Origin: Octopus vulgaris
Lineage: Eukaryota
NCBI GenBank assembly: GCA_951406725.2
Contig: OX597827.1
Coordinates: forward strand, 73,470,001-73,534,000
DNA length: 64,000 nucleotides
Reading direction: 5' to 3'
Shown one piece after another: positions 15,599 through 34,130 of this stretch. A program made the translations under genes and the position numbers. Numbering within the stretch: the stretch's first letter is position 1; each line of letters opens with the position of its first letter. Below the pieces are notes generated by a model. That model ran no database searches and was not told the origin of the DNA. It worked only from the letters and a program-made list of their open reading frames with translations.

Positions 15599-18500
15599 CC
15601 ATGTTGAACATGGCAAAAGAGATACACAAAAACATTCTAGCCATCACTCAACACCATCCTATGCTATTACCCCAGTGCACCAATTCCCCACATTGCTGCC
15701 ACTAACACACACAAAAAATCCAAGCCCCCTGCAACAGTCAAAACCAGCCACTACACTAACCTCCACATTCCTACTCAATGCACAAGGTGTCAGCCCTTCC
15801 ATCAATGCACAAAAATGGAAGGTCCAATTCATTGAAGACTGGGTTGGTAACCATTCACACCACATCCCTTTCTTCATTCTCACTGAGACCCACCTTGACA
15901 ACTCCCACTTGGAAGCCGAAGTGAGAGTGAAGAATTTCACAACCATCCGCGCGGATCGTATCGGCAGGAGGAAGGGTGGAACTGCCATTTTCCTGCATGA
16001 TTCATTTACGGCAGATGGAAATAGTATATTCTCCAACGGCTACTGTGAATCAGTCACCGTGCACAACAAAGCCAATGATCTGACAGTAATTGGGCTCTAT
16101 AGGCCGCCCCAAACACCCATACTGTGCTTTAAAGAATGCCTCAACAGCATTAAGTGCTTTATTCAACAGTGCCATTCTAGCAACATACTCATGATGGGAG
16201 ACTTCAATCTACCCTGTGTTGACTGGACTACAAACTGTTTGAAACCAAGCACTCCCGCCTCAACCGCTGACAAAGAAGCAGCAGAGTCACTTTTCGACTT
16301 TACGAATGAGTTTTTCTTGTCCCAACTTGTCCTTGCACCAACAAGACATCAGAACATTTTGGACCTAGTGTTTAGTAACCACACTAACACTATACATAAC
16401 GTTACAGTGGAAAAAACCCTTCTTTCAGACCATGACATGGTTCTCTGTAACATGAAATTCCACCAGCCGAAAGCTAATCCTAGTGACCTTCCTCCAGCCC
16501 ACCCATTTGACAACATGGATCTCCATAAAGCCAACTGGGATGCAATCAGGAACGAGCTATCAAATGTTGACTGGTCCTTTACACATACACACATCTCCAC
16601 CAACCATAAAACATCTTGGCAGATCTTTGTAGACACCGTCACAGACATATGTGCAAAACACTCCCCACCAAGACCTGTGAACAAAAAGTGCAGAATCCCC
16701 CAAAACAGAAAAACCATTATCAGAAAAATAAAAAGAACAAACAAAAAAATTAACAAACTAAAGTACTGCCAACAGCAACACACACATTCGACGGCTATCG
16801 CACTGCTTGAATCCAAAAAATATAACCTCCAACAATGCATGAAGTCCCTCATCAATAACCAAAGATCAGCTGAGGAGAAGTGGGCCATTGAAAAAATCAA
16901 ACTCAACCCCAAAGTGTTCTTTTCATTTGCGAGGAAACGCAGGGTCACTGTCTCCACTGTAGGCCCTCTAATTGACGAAACTGGCACTCTCCAAGATAAT
17001 GCCAAATCCATGGCCGAGATACTGCAGAAACAATACTGCTCTGTTTTCAGCAATCCTGATATGGCCGATCTGGGCTGTATCAGTGATGTCAACCCCCAAC
17101 ACACTATATCGGACATAACGTTTAGTGCCCCTGATGTCTTAGCGGCGATAAACGAAATAAAACACAATTCAGCAGTAGGCCCCGATAGGTTCCCTGCTTG
17201 TGTCCTGAAGGTGTGTCGACACCAACTTGCATCTCCCCTTGCTAATCTGTGGAGAAACTCACTGGATGCTGGCTATATTCCAAAAAACCTTCTGTCCCAG
17301 TCTGTTGTCCCAGTTTTCAAAAAGGGAAACAAGTCCCTTGCAGTGAATTACCGTCCGATCTCACTCACCTCTCATATCATCAAGGTATTTGAGAGGGTGG
17401 TGAGATCTCAAATAACCCAATTTCTGGAAAGCAACAGACGGCTGATCTCCAACCAACATGGGTTCCGTAATGGAAGGGACTGCCTAACGCAGCTCCTGCA
17501 TCACTTTGAGGACATTTTGAGAGCTTTGGGAGAGGGCTCCAACACCGATGTCATCTACCTTGATTTCAGTAAGGCCTTCGACAGGGTCGATCACAAGATC
17601 CTATTGAAAAAACTATCCAACATTGGTGTCTCTGGAAAGTTACTGAAATGGATTAAGTGTTTCCTGACAGACAGATCTCAACATGTTGTAGTTGAAGGGG
17701 TAAAATCAAGCCCAGCCAAAGTCAGTAGTGGCGTTCCGCAAGGCACTGTGCTGGGCCCACTTCTTTTCATCATTTACATTAATGACATTAATGACATCAT
17801 CAAGCACAGCAACATAAAAATCTTTGCAGATGACTCCAAGATACAGAAGGTCATAAATGAGGCGAGTGACCGGACATGCCTTCAGTCAGATCTACTGGCT
17901 GTTATCCAATGGGCAGAAAAAAACAATATGCTGCTGAACGAGGATAAATTTGAGCTAATCCACTTTGGAAAAGAGGATGCCCTGAAACTCCCATACTCCC
18001 TTCCTTCAGGTGAAACTCTCGCGGCGTCCAACAACATCAGAGACTTGGGAGTAATTGTGGACAACAACGTAAGCTGGGCCACTCATATAAACACCAAAGT
18101 TGACATGGCCCGCAGAATGTGTTCCTGGATTCTCAGAACTTTCCAGTCGAGAGATATCCACACCATTATCCTTCTCTTCTCCACTTTTGCCCGACCCCAC
18201 CTTGAATACTGTTGTCCACTGTGGTCTCCCCACACAATACAAGGTATCAAAAAGTCGAAGCACCTCAAAGGGCAATCACAAAAAAGATAGATGGCATGAC
18301 AGGCCTCGACTATTGGGGTCGACTAGAAAAGCTAAAACTCTATTCTCTCCAACGTCGTCGTGAGCGCTACATCATCTGCATGATGTGGAAAATATTCCAT
18401 CAGCATTGCCCAAATGATGTTGGCATCACCTTTAAGGTACATCCAAGGCTTGGGCCCCGTGCCATCCGCCCAAAACAAAAATCGCACTCTCATCTCATAA

Positions 18501-18709
18501 CAACAATACGGCACAATTATTTCACCTCAATTGGCCCCGCTCTCTTTAACATTACACCAAAACACATTAAAACAGAAACTGACCCTATAGGGTTCAAGAA
18601 GTCTTTGGACAGATTCCTTCAAGAAATCCCGGATAAACCCCCTACACCCGGATATGTCTCTGTAAACAATAACTCTCTACTTGAGTGGGCCATAGTGCCC
18701 AAATTCTGA
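15592..18709 (+). CDS. LINE-A ORF2: APE endonuclease + reverse transcriptase (one 1-nt frameshift near 18250)
   Basis: LTETHL, GGTAIF, YRPP, MGDFN, LDLVF, SDHD (APE); [37 protein letters not shown] (RT); C-terminus continues in ORF 18212-18709. Confidence 0.92.
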
Positions 18710-18798
18710 CTTGAAAGACTTCACCAGGTGGTGCTATTAAGTTAGACATGGCCTGGGCCAATAATGGCCGAAACCTATCAAAGTATCAAAGTATCAAA

Positions 18799-24647
<5,849 letters not shown>

Positions 24648-25670
24648 GTAGCCGCCCTTGGATAACACGTTTTTGTATTAAGTTCAATATTTCTCACAAA
24701 CCCAGCTTAAAGTAAGCGAACCGTTGTCAATGACAACATTACGTCAGAAATAGAATCGCTTGACGCATGCGTATTCCTCAATCTTAATATCGTCTGCTAC
24801 AAACCTCGACAAGACAAAACAGGTCAACATATTTGTTCCACTGCTGACATTGAAAATTCATAAAGAAATTCAGTGGAAAATTACAGTTTATTAGCATTTA
24901 ATACTATAGAGTCATTTTTTTAAAAATTAATAATTCTACAGAAAATAAGAAGACATACAAAATAATTTACGTGGTTCTGTCGACAGACACGGTAAGTAGA
25001 ATCTTTTACAATTATAAGTTTGAAACTAGAGCAATCCAAGTTACATTGATTTTGATGTCCTTCAATTTTTGATGAACTTTGTTGAAGAAAAAGAAATCTG
25101 AATAAGAGAAATCACTTTTATTCACTTTATGAACTGCTCTCATTAATATGGAACATCTCATCTATAATAGTTTAAATACAGAAATCTTTCTATGAGAATG
25201 TGATACAATATGTGTTAAGTAGACCATCATGAAAGAAATAGTCTATTATCGAAGGTTGGGCAAATATAATTTCATTGCAGAAAACTCCATTACTACCTGT
25301 TATCGTAGCTGATATGTCGAACGAATAAATAATTTTCTGCTCTACCTCTGTGAAGTTGGAATGGCAATTTCTCTGATAAAAAATGAAATATTTTATTTCA
25401 CAATTCAAAAAATCATTTTCAGAATGTGTTCTTAGGTAACAAATATAAACTGAACTATACATATATCTATATTAGTGAGAGAATGTATGCAGATGAAATA
25501 ATTATAACTATAAATTGATACTGAAGAAATCTAAAGATAATGCTTTCGACTTATAATGGGAAACTTCCCAAATTCTCTGTTGTATTCAGGGACATAGTGC
25601 GGTCGAATTTTCACATCTTGTCTGTGAAATAAGAAACACATTTAACTCTTCCATAGTTTGTTCACAAAAT
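24648..25670 (+). repeat. duplication module M, copy B (promoter/mini-exon like)
   Basis: Reverse complement of about 9485-10490; ACGCATGCGT at 24763-24772; GTAAGT at 24992-24997; ATG mutated to ATA. Confidence 0.88.
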
Positions 25671-26110
25671 GTTGTTGTGGCATTCTATAACCGATGATAT
25701 TCAGCATTTAATTTGACTGGAACTGTTGTCAGCACGACGATTAGCTTCATACAAGATATTCAACTGGTATCTGATGAGATATGAGTTCGACTCCCGGGAC
25801 CATCTGCTAAGAATTGTTTTCTGTTATGAGTGTAAAATATGAAACTTTCTGCTGCTTTCACGGGTATACTGCGTTCGAAACTTAGCGTCTTGTCTGCAAT
25901 CTCTCTCTTTCTCTCTCTCTCTGTCTATCTCTCTCTCTCTCTCTCTCTGATCGGTCGTGTTATTCTTTGCTCCGCAGTGAAAGATTGCTTTTGTGCTGAA
26001 AAGTTTGAAAATTTGCTGTTTTGGTCGTCGAGGCCACTTCTTTTCTGCTATTGCAGCAGAGTTCTGCTGTTTTTTCCCCCTTGTTTCAAGGGGGAAGTGA
26101 CGAAAAAGAC

Positions 26111-27726
26111 ATGAATTTGCAACCAGTCACCTCCGAGTCGGAGGAAAACGTTGAAAATTTGTTTGAAGGCATGAAGGCGAAAATGCGGGAGGAGGAAGGT
26201 AGAAGTAAAGAGACGTCTCACGCGAGCGTTACAAAAGCAGACGACAATATGTCTGGCGAAGCTAGTAAACGACAAGAAAAGGCAAAAATAAATTTTGCGA
26301 GTGCAGCAACTCGCCCCTGTGAAAATATAGTCATTAACAAGGAAGAATTAAAGAAATACCAAGGACTACTAAAAAAAGAAGGTGATAATGTGAAGTTGTT
26401 CCCTCCCAGTGAATTGATTTACGCGACGGAGAGAAAAACTGTCATATACAAGACGTATAATGTCAAAAATAAGAAAATTGACTTCGTACAGAGAGAAGCC
26501 ATTGAAAAATGTTTGAGGCCGATATGGCAACAAACAAGTTATATAACAAGGGGTAGTCGCTTCGGCACGGTAGAGGTGCGTTTCCCTAGCGAAGAAATAG
26601 CTAGGGAACATTCAACAAGAACGTTGAAGTCAGAAGAGGTAGTTCTTTTACCATTTTATTTAGGAATGAGAACTAGTAGAATAACGGTTACGGACATTCC
26701 GCCCGAAATAGATGTGGACTTCATAACAGCAGCGATTCTCTTAGGCAAAGAGGAAGAAATTGCCATTATTCAGTCTAAAAGATATCGCCCCACAACCTGG
26801 TATGGACAGGACTTAGAGCTTGTGATCCAAGCGAACCCCTCGGACTTGGAAAAATTGCCAAGCTCCCTCACCATTGGAGATACCACCTTGATGGTAATAG
26901 TCGAGGGAAGAAAACCGAGATGCTATAAATGTGGCGAGAAAGGCCACATACGGTCGAGCTGCAAGAAGACAGCGAAAGAAAATACTACAGAGGCAAGCAC
27001 GACGCCGAAAACAACTTCACCGCTAGAAATAGCAGCCACGTCGCGCACCCCAATTGCCGAAATTCAGCCGACAACTGGAGAAAACAACGACAACAACGAT
27101 GACAACAACATCAACAACATCCAGGAGTGGGTCAACGTGGAAGCTTCAAAAAGAAGACGGAAACGGAAAAATCCACCCTCTTCGGATACACAGGACTATA
27201 CTCTGACACAGACAAGCACACCCACACCCACAAATACAGTCGCAAACACACACGTAGCCAAAAAAACACACACACTGGAAAAAGCACACACAAACAATCA
27301 CACACCTACCACAAGCACGCACACACCTACAGACACCCACGCTTCTACAAGCACACACACACCCACAAACACACACACACAGCCCCCTCCACAATCACCT
27401 AACAAAAAAAAAGAAACACCTTCACGGCGATAAATAAAAACAATAACCCATTAAGGGAAAAAATTAATTTACTGAAATCGGCGAAAAAATATATCGCAAC
27501 AGATATAAATAGTATTATATCCGAAAATGTAGAATTTTATACGATAGATAACAAGGATTATTTTGAAATTAAAAAATCTTTTGCGGAGGATGTAGGCCCG
27601 TTACAGATGAACTTTTCAAGCCATCTGTACAAGCAATTCGCAAAAAAACTGACCTCGCAAAACACAACACTCACAGACAGAAAAGATGAGGGTGAAACTA
27701 CACCCTCTCTTCCGTTAAAACAGTAA
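26111..27726 (+). CDS. Tx1 ORF1 gag-like protein (frameshift in A-run near 27410)
   Basis: CYKCGEKGHIRSSC zinc knuckle, RRM-like region, Thr/His-rich linker; reading continues stop-free in the -1 frame from about 27410 to TAA at 27724-27726. Confidence 0.8.
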
Positions 27727-27745
27727 GTTTTAAACATTCAACTAA

Positions 27746-30700
27746 ATTTTCACATTCTCGTTTAAACTCGGTTGTATAAATATTCGCGGCCTGGGGTCGT
27801 ATTGGAAGCAAGGCTATCTCCTTAACGACCTTAGGTCGCATCGTTTGGATGTAGTGGTAATTACCGAATCCAGACTGAGTGGGCTGCAGGCTTTTTCGCC
27901 CCTTCTAAACGGCTACGAGAAATACATTTCTCCCTGTCGACCTGGAGGGGGAGGAGGAGTGGCAGTGCTGGTCAGGAAAAACCTGGATTTAGAGATTAGA
28001 ACTGTCTTTATAGATCCGGAAGGCAGGTTGGTCGTTTTGGATGTGACGCACAGCAGTGGTAAAGTGTTCAGGCTGGTCGCTGTCTATGCTCCCTGCGAAG
28101 GAAAAGCCGGGCAGAAAGAGTATTTCAAAAGCCTAGAGAATTTTCTTGGCACGTCGAACACGTTAGTATTGCTAGGTGACTTCAACATAATTTGCGATGC
28201 AAGCGTAGATTATGTTGGCTCAAGAAAGAATAAGAGGGGATTACCTCAACTCAACGATATGCTAAGTCATTTCGAATTGGCAGATAGATTCAGACTGGAC
28301 CATCCAGACATTCCAGAGTGGACCTGGGCAAGAAACGACGGGTCGTCCAGATCTTATATCGATAGAATCATAACTAGAAGGAAAGATAAGAAAATACTTA
28401 GCTGTCCACAACACCATATCGTCAGCTACAGCGATCACAAATTAGTGTGTCCTGTACGCTCGACATAGATAGCATGTGTAGACGAGGTACCGGCTACTTG
28501 AAGCTAAACAAGTCACTATTGGACTGTGAAGCCTACAGGAATCGGATTAAACAATTAGTAATGAGGGCGTTAACCGGATCCATTATCAACAATAAATGGT
28601 GGTACGCCCTGAAAAGAGCCATCAAATTTGAGTCAATTAGGTTTAGCAAAGAACTAGCTAGTGCTAGAAACAAAGTAGAAAGGGAACTAGTTAAGGCAAT
28701 AGAGGAGGCAATGAGGTCAGGCAGTGCATCGAAAGTGTTAGCGGCGAGGTTAGCACTAGACCAACATCTCAAAGCTAAACATGAAGGGTGCATTATTAGG
28801 GCTAAGATCCGTGCAATGAGACAGGAAGGGATCAACGCAGCCGGATGGGCCCGGGTGGTAGAGGGCCAGCGTGGCAACAACTCAACCATTCGATCCTTGA
28901 CGGGCCCAAATGGTCGATTAGTAAACGAACCCGAGGAGATGTGCAAGGTGTTTCATGATCATTTCGCCCAGCTATTCGGGAGGAGCGGCGAGCTGGAGCG
29001 CGGGGAGAAGCTCGCAGACTTCCTAGCCGGTTCGCCGCGTCTATCGGGGCCGGACGCGGAATCTTGTGAGGCGCCGATCACAGCCAAAGAAGTCGAGGAT
29101 GTGTTGGCAGAATGCGGCGGGGACAAATCGCCGGGACTCGATGGTCTGCCTTACGAACTCTATAGTAGCATGCCAGACTTGTTTGGGCACCTACTTGCAT
29201 GCGTGTACACCAACTGGCAGCAGAACGGGAGAATTCCTAAGTCTGTGAGCCGAGGGGTGGTAGCGTTGTTAAGAAAGGACCCAAACAACGGGGATTTAAT
29301 TGATAATTTCCGGCCTATCACTCTGCTTAACGCAGAGTTGAAGATCTTGGCCAAGGTCTTAGCAAAAAGGTTGGAAGGGTCGTGGGTGAACTTGTTGGCG
29401 AGGCGCAAACTTGCGCCATCCTGGAAGGACCATCCACGACAATCTCCACTTTCTACGCTATGCCTTAGAAAGGGTAAATAGGATTCCTGGCAAGGGTGGG
29501 GCTATGGTCCACTTGGACCAATCGAAAGCGTTTGATAGGGTGGACCATCAGTATCTGGCGGCGGTCCTCGCGGCGGCTGGCTTCGGCCCGACCTTCCGCG
29601 GATGGATCATCGCTTTATACAGCAACATCGAATCGGTAGTTCGGGTAAATGGTTTCCTTTCGGAGCCGTTCAGCATTGAACGTTCGGTACGTCAAGGGTG
29701 TCCGCTCTCCCCGCTTCTCTACGTTTTGGCCCTCGAGCCGTTGCTGAGGATGTTGGAAACTATGAGAGGCACCCCGCAAGATCTAGGGTGCGGAAAGTCA
29801 GCTTCGGCGTATGCGGACGACATCACCGTCATCGTTTCCCGAGTCGAGCACCTACAGTGGGTGGGTGAGGCCTTAAGGGACTACGAAGCGGTGGCAGAAG
29901 CGAAAGTCAACCGGGATAAATCGGTCGGCTTGCAACTCGGCACCTGGAGGGGCAAGTCGATGTATTCCGACAGCGTCGTAGGACGTTGGACGGAAGGACC
30001 GGTGAAAATGCTTGGGATCTGGTTAGGTCCAGATCTCCAGATAGAGAAGAATTGGAGCGAGGTGGCGAGAAAGGTGGCTCTCCTAACTCAGACATGGTCT
30101 GAACGGAATCTGTCCTTGAAAGGGAAGGCGGAGGTTGCAGAAGTGTTTATCGCCTCTGTAATCACTTACCGCCTAACCGTAGTGCCTTGCCCCGATTCGT
30201 GGCTGAACAAACTGGAACGCATGCTCTTTCGCTTTTTGTGGAGGGGCAGCAGACCTCTTGTAAGGCGCTCTATTTGCTGCCAAAAGCCGCTGAACGGTGG
30301 GTTAGGGATGCCGTGGCTAAAAATGCGCAGACATGCGCTCAGGCTTAGGCACCTCTGGATTTACCTGGACGGTGAGCAGGTGTGGTCTCCGTTTGTCAAG
30401 CTGTTATTTCCACAGTTCACATCGTTTAACGAACTGAACCCATGGATCAAGTGTAGACCGAGGTTGGGCATGTGGCATGCAGAGTGCTATCAAGCACTCG
30501 TGCTTCTCTCCCAGTCGGGCAACGCCGGTGGCGGGGCTACTACCGCGTTCTTCTATAGAGGGTTAGTAGAGTTTAAGTGTGACGACGTCCTAGGAGAAAC
30601 TCTGGGCTTCGACGAAAATCAACTGGCCAGCCTGTTCCAAAGAACATTCGGTCCGGGGCCTATGGATAATTACCAAGAGTCCCTGGCCTGGCAATGTTAC

Positions 30701-31162
30701 AGAGGAGCTTTACCGGTTCGAGATAAGCTCTTTAGACATGGGTGTGCACCTTCGCCGGTTTGTGCAAGATGTAAGAGGGACAGTGAAACTGTCCTGCACG
30801 CGATTGTGCAATGCCCCAAGGTGACTGAACTCTGGACTTATGTCGAACACCTGCTGTCGCATTCGAGAAGAGTACAACTGTCGAGCGAATCTGTAATTAA
30901 GATAGTTCCGCCGACCTTCCTGAATAGGGAGGAGCGAGCCTGTTTTCTTTCGGTAGTTGCTATGGCGAAAGAAGTAGTGTGGAAGACGAGAGTAAAAGGA
31001 ATTGCAACAGGCATGTTTATCTCCAGTCTCGAGCTAATCGACTTTTTCGTTTTCCACATGAAACGGAAAATAAGGCTGGAGAAGAAATGCCTGTCGCAAA
31101 GTGTGTTTCGTAAAAGATGGAAGTCTATAGCAAGTGTGTTGCGAGTGAAAGAACCTATTTAA
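27746..31162 (+). CDS. Tx1 ORF2: APE + RT + C-terminal zinc finger, several small frameshifts, no AUG before the APE N-terminus
   Basis: KLGCINIRGL, VYAP, GDFN, IDRI, SDH; KSPGLDGL, FRPITLLN, LDQSKAFDRVDH, VRQGCPLSP, YADD; CARCKRDSETVLHAIVQC. Confidence 0.9.
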
Positions 31163-31411
31163 TCGAGAATGTAACAAAGGAGAAAGCAAAGTCTTCAGTG
31201 TGAGTATGTGGTTTGTAGGGTCAACCGCGTCCTCCGCTTCATTTTTTGTTAATCACTCATTCTCATTTAATTGTATATATATTAATTGTTTGTTTATTCA
31301 TGTTTCGTCTCATTCGATACCCTGACCCCAACGTTTGTTTTGTCCCCTCTTTTTCTCAACCTTATGGTGAATAAAGAAATACTCTCTCTCTCTCTCTCTC
31401 TCTCTTTTCTT

Positions 31412-31747
<336 letters not shown>

Positions 31748-31769
31748 ACGCGCGTTAAGTATATATACG

Positions 31770-32155
31770 CACCCTTCTCAAATCAGGGATACAACATATA
31801 GATACACTGCAACACAATTACTTTTCCTCAACAGGCCCAGGCTTATTTAACATTGTCTCAAAACTAAAATAAGGTACGTAATAATCCTTCCCTTTCAGGA
31901 GCACACACATACTTCCCCTGTACACGTCTCTGTTTTGTGAATGTAGGTATGAAGTTATGTACTTATACAGTTTTGTGCGGGTGTGCTTGTATATACACAC
32001 ACAACACACACATGTAGTTATACATTTACATACATATATACATTCATACATACTTGCATGGATATGTATTTATGTGTTTATGTATTTATACAAACATACC
32101 CACTCACACACACACACATATATATATATTATATATATATTTATTTATACCTGCT

Positions 32156-32188
<33 letters not shown>

Positions 32189-32520
32189 GAGATCCCCTTC
32201 GGTCATGACTGACTGTGGGATTACACCTAGAATGTTACCCTCCCAGGCACAAGTCGGGGCAAGGTTGTTTAGGGAAGACCAGCAGTCGCCCATTCGTACC
32301 GGCTTCCCCTCTCCACGCCACCAGTGTTATCCAAGGGAAAAGCAAAGCCCGATACAGCTTGGCATCTGTGACGTCGCTACTTATTTCTACAGCTGAGTGA
32401 ACTGGAGCAACGTGAAATAAAGTGTCTTGCTCAAGAACACAATACGCAACCCGGTCCCGAATTTAAAGTCACAACCTCTCGATCGTAAGTTCGACACTCT
32501 AACCACTGAGCCATGTGCCT

Positions 32521-32567
<47 letters not shown>

Positions 32568-32606
32568 TTCATTATATATTTTATATATACACATTTATAC
32601 CTGCTA

Positions 32607-32652
<46 letters not shown>

Positions 32653-33500
32653 GCACATTTATATACACTTCTAATAATCCAACAACCGACAACGAAATTA
32701 AGATTCACTTCCAAATCTAAATATATCAAAATAAACAAACCTTATTTCTGCAACAAATATTCCCATCGTCATTTATCCGTGTGAAAATCCAACACGAGTA
32801 GCCGCCCTTGGATAACATGTCTTTGTCTTAAGTTCAATATTTCTCACAAACCCAGCTTAAAGTAAGCGAACCGTTGTCAATGACAACATTACGTCAGAAA
32901 TAGAATCGCTTGACGCATGCGTATTCCTCAATCTTAATATCGTCTGCTACAAACCTCGACAAGACAAAACAGGTCAACATATTTGTTCCACTGCTGACAT
33001 TGAAAGTTCATAAAGAAATTCAGTGGAAAATTACAGTTTATTAGCATTTAATACTATAGAGTCATTTTTTTAAAAATTAATAATTCTACAGAAAATAAGA
33101 AGACATACAAAATGTTTTTCGTGGTTCTATCGACAGACACGGTAAGTAGGAACTTTTACAATTATAAGTTTGCAACTAGAGCAATCCAAGTTACATTGAT
33201 TTTGATGTCCTTCAATTTTTGATGACTTTTGTTGAAGAAATAAAAATCTGAATAAGAGAAATCACTTTTATTCACTTTATGAACTGCTCTCATTAATATG
33301 GAACATCTCCTCTATAATAGTTTAAATACAGAAATCTTTCTATGAGAATGTGATACAATATGTGTTAAGTAGAACATCATGAAACAAATAGTCTATTATC
33401 GAAGGTTGGGCAAATATAATTTCATTGCAGAAAACTCCCTTACTACCTGTTATCGTAGCTGATATGTCGAACGAATAAATAATTTTCTTCTCTACCTCTG
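31770..33500 (+). repeat. duplication unit copy C (modules N + M), inverted relative to 9785-11520
   Basis: Reverse-complement identity; ACGCATGCGT at 32913-32922, ATG at 33112, GTAAGT at 33142-33147. Confidence 0.88.
32188..32525 (-). mobile_element. tRNA-derived SINE (third family) inserted in (TA)n
   Basis: rc head GTGAAGGCACATGGCTCAGTGGTTAGAGTGTC with A-box; (TA)n on both sides; absent from the paralogous arm at 10.6-11.1 kb; relatives at 12580-12617 and 34195-34400. Confidence 0.8.
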
Positions 33501-33619
33501 TGACGATTAGCTTTATATTACATATACAAACGATATCTCCTGGGATACGAGTTCGACTCCCGTGATCACCTGCTAAGAATTTGTCTGTGTTATGAGTGTA
33601 AAATAGAATGTAGAGAAGT

Positions 33620-34130
33620 TGTTATAGACCATGTGTATCCTTCAATGTCAGTTATACATACAAGTAATATATCTAGACTTCTTTAAGGCCTTCGAAGAAG
33701 CTGATCAGAGAATTACATACCACAACCAATTATGATCATAGTATAAATGGAAAACTAATGGACCAATCATCTGACAAAATTTGCTGTTCACAACACTTGT
33801 TCAGAGGAGACATTATTTCTATGAGGTGTCCCTCGCGGATCCGATTGGGATAATGTTTGTAGTGGCTCTTTTAGACCTACTCTCACTCACGCAGTAAGTC
33901 ATTCTCTCTAGGTACGTTGATGATATAAAAGTATCAAAAGTAATCAAAAACATACATTTCAGTAAAAAATTAAACGTATTATACAAATAGACTGAATGTA
34001 GTCGACACGCAAATCAGTACTGGGAAATTTTGTGTATTCAGCTATCAATCTACAAGGATATCACAATTAGAATGCAATGAACTGGCAGGTCTTGCCAGTG
34101 GAAATACACAAGTACATGAGCAGAGACTCA
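33620..34130 (+). pseudogene. old CR1-group RT remnant
   Basis: Degenerate VIYLDFFKAF, GVPRGS and YVDDIKVS motifs in RT order. Confidence 0.6.

Larger units (their letters stand above)
25949..31381 (+). mobile_element. full-length Tx1-clade (L1 group) LINE inserted in (TC)n, Kibi-like target
   Basis: ORF1 with CCHC knuckle, ORF2 APE-RT-zinc finger, AATAAA at 31370-31375, (CT)n directly on both flanks (25900-25948 and 31382-31420). Confidence 0.92.

Noticed and set aside
15659-18275. Antisense ORFs inside LINE-A (and similar ones in LINE-B and Tx1)
   Set aside because: Shadow frames of the real RT/APE coding strand, with no motifs.
25190-25462. 90-aa minus-strand ORF in module M as a host gene
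   Set aside because: No recognisable domain, non-ATG start, neighbouring exon-like block has stops and an indel between copies; the promoter-like signals point the other way.
25735-25800. tRNA gene or hammerhead (GAGTTCGACTCC B-box; CTGATGA at 25771)
   Set aside because: No cloverleaf or clear A-box, and no GAAA partner core; treated as a decayed SINE head duplicated near 33502-33606.
27723-27728. GTAAGT splice donor at the end of Tx1 ORF1 as a route into ORF2
   Set aside because: No AG acceptor between it and the conserved APE N-terminal motif.
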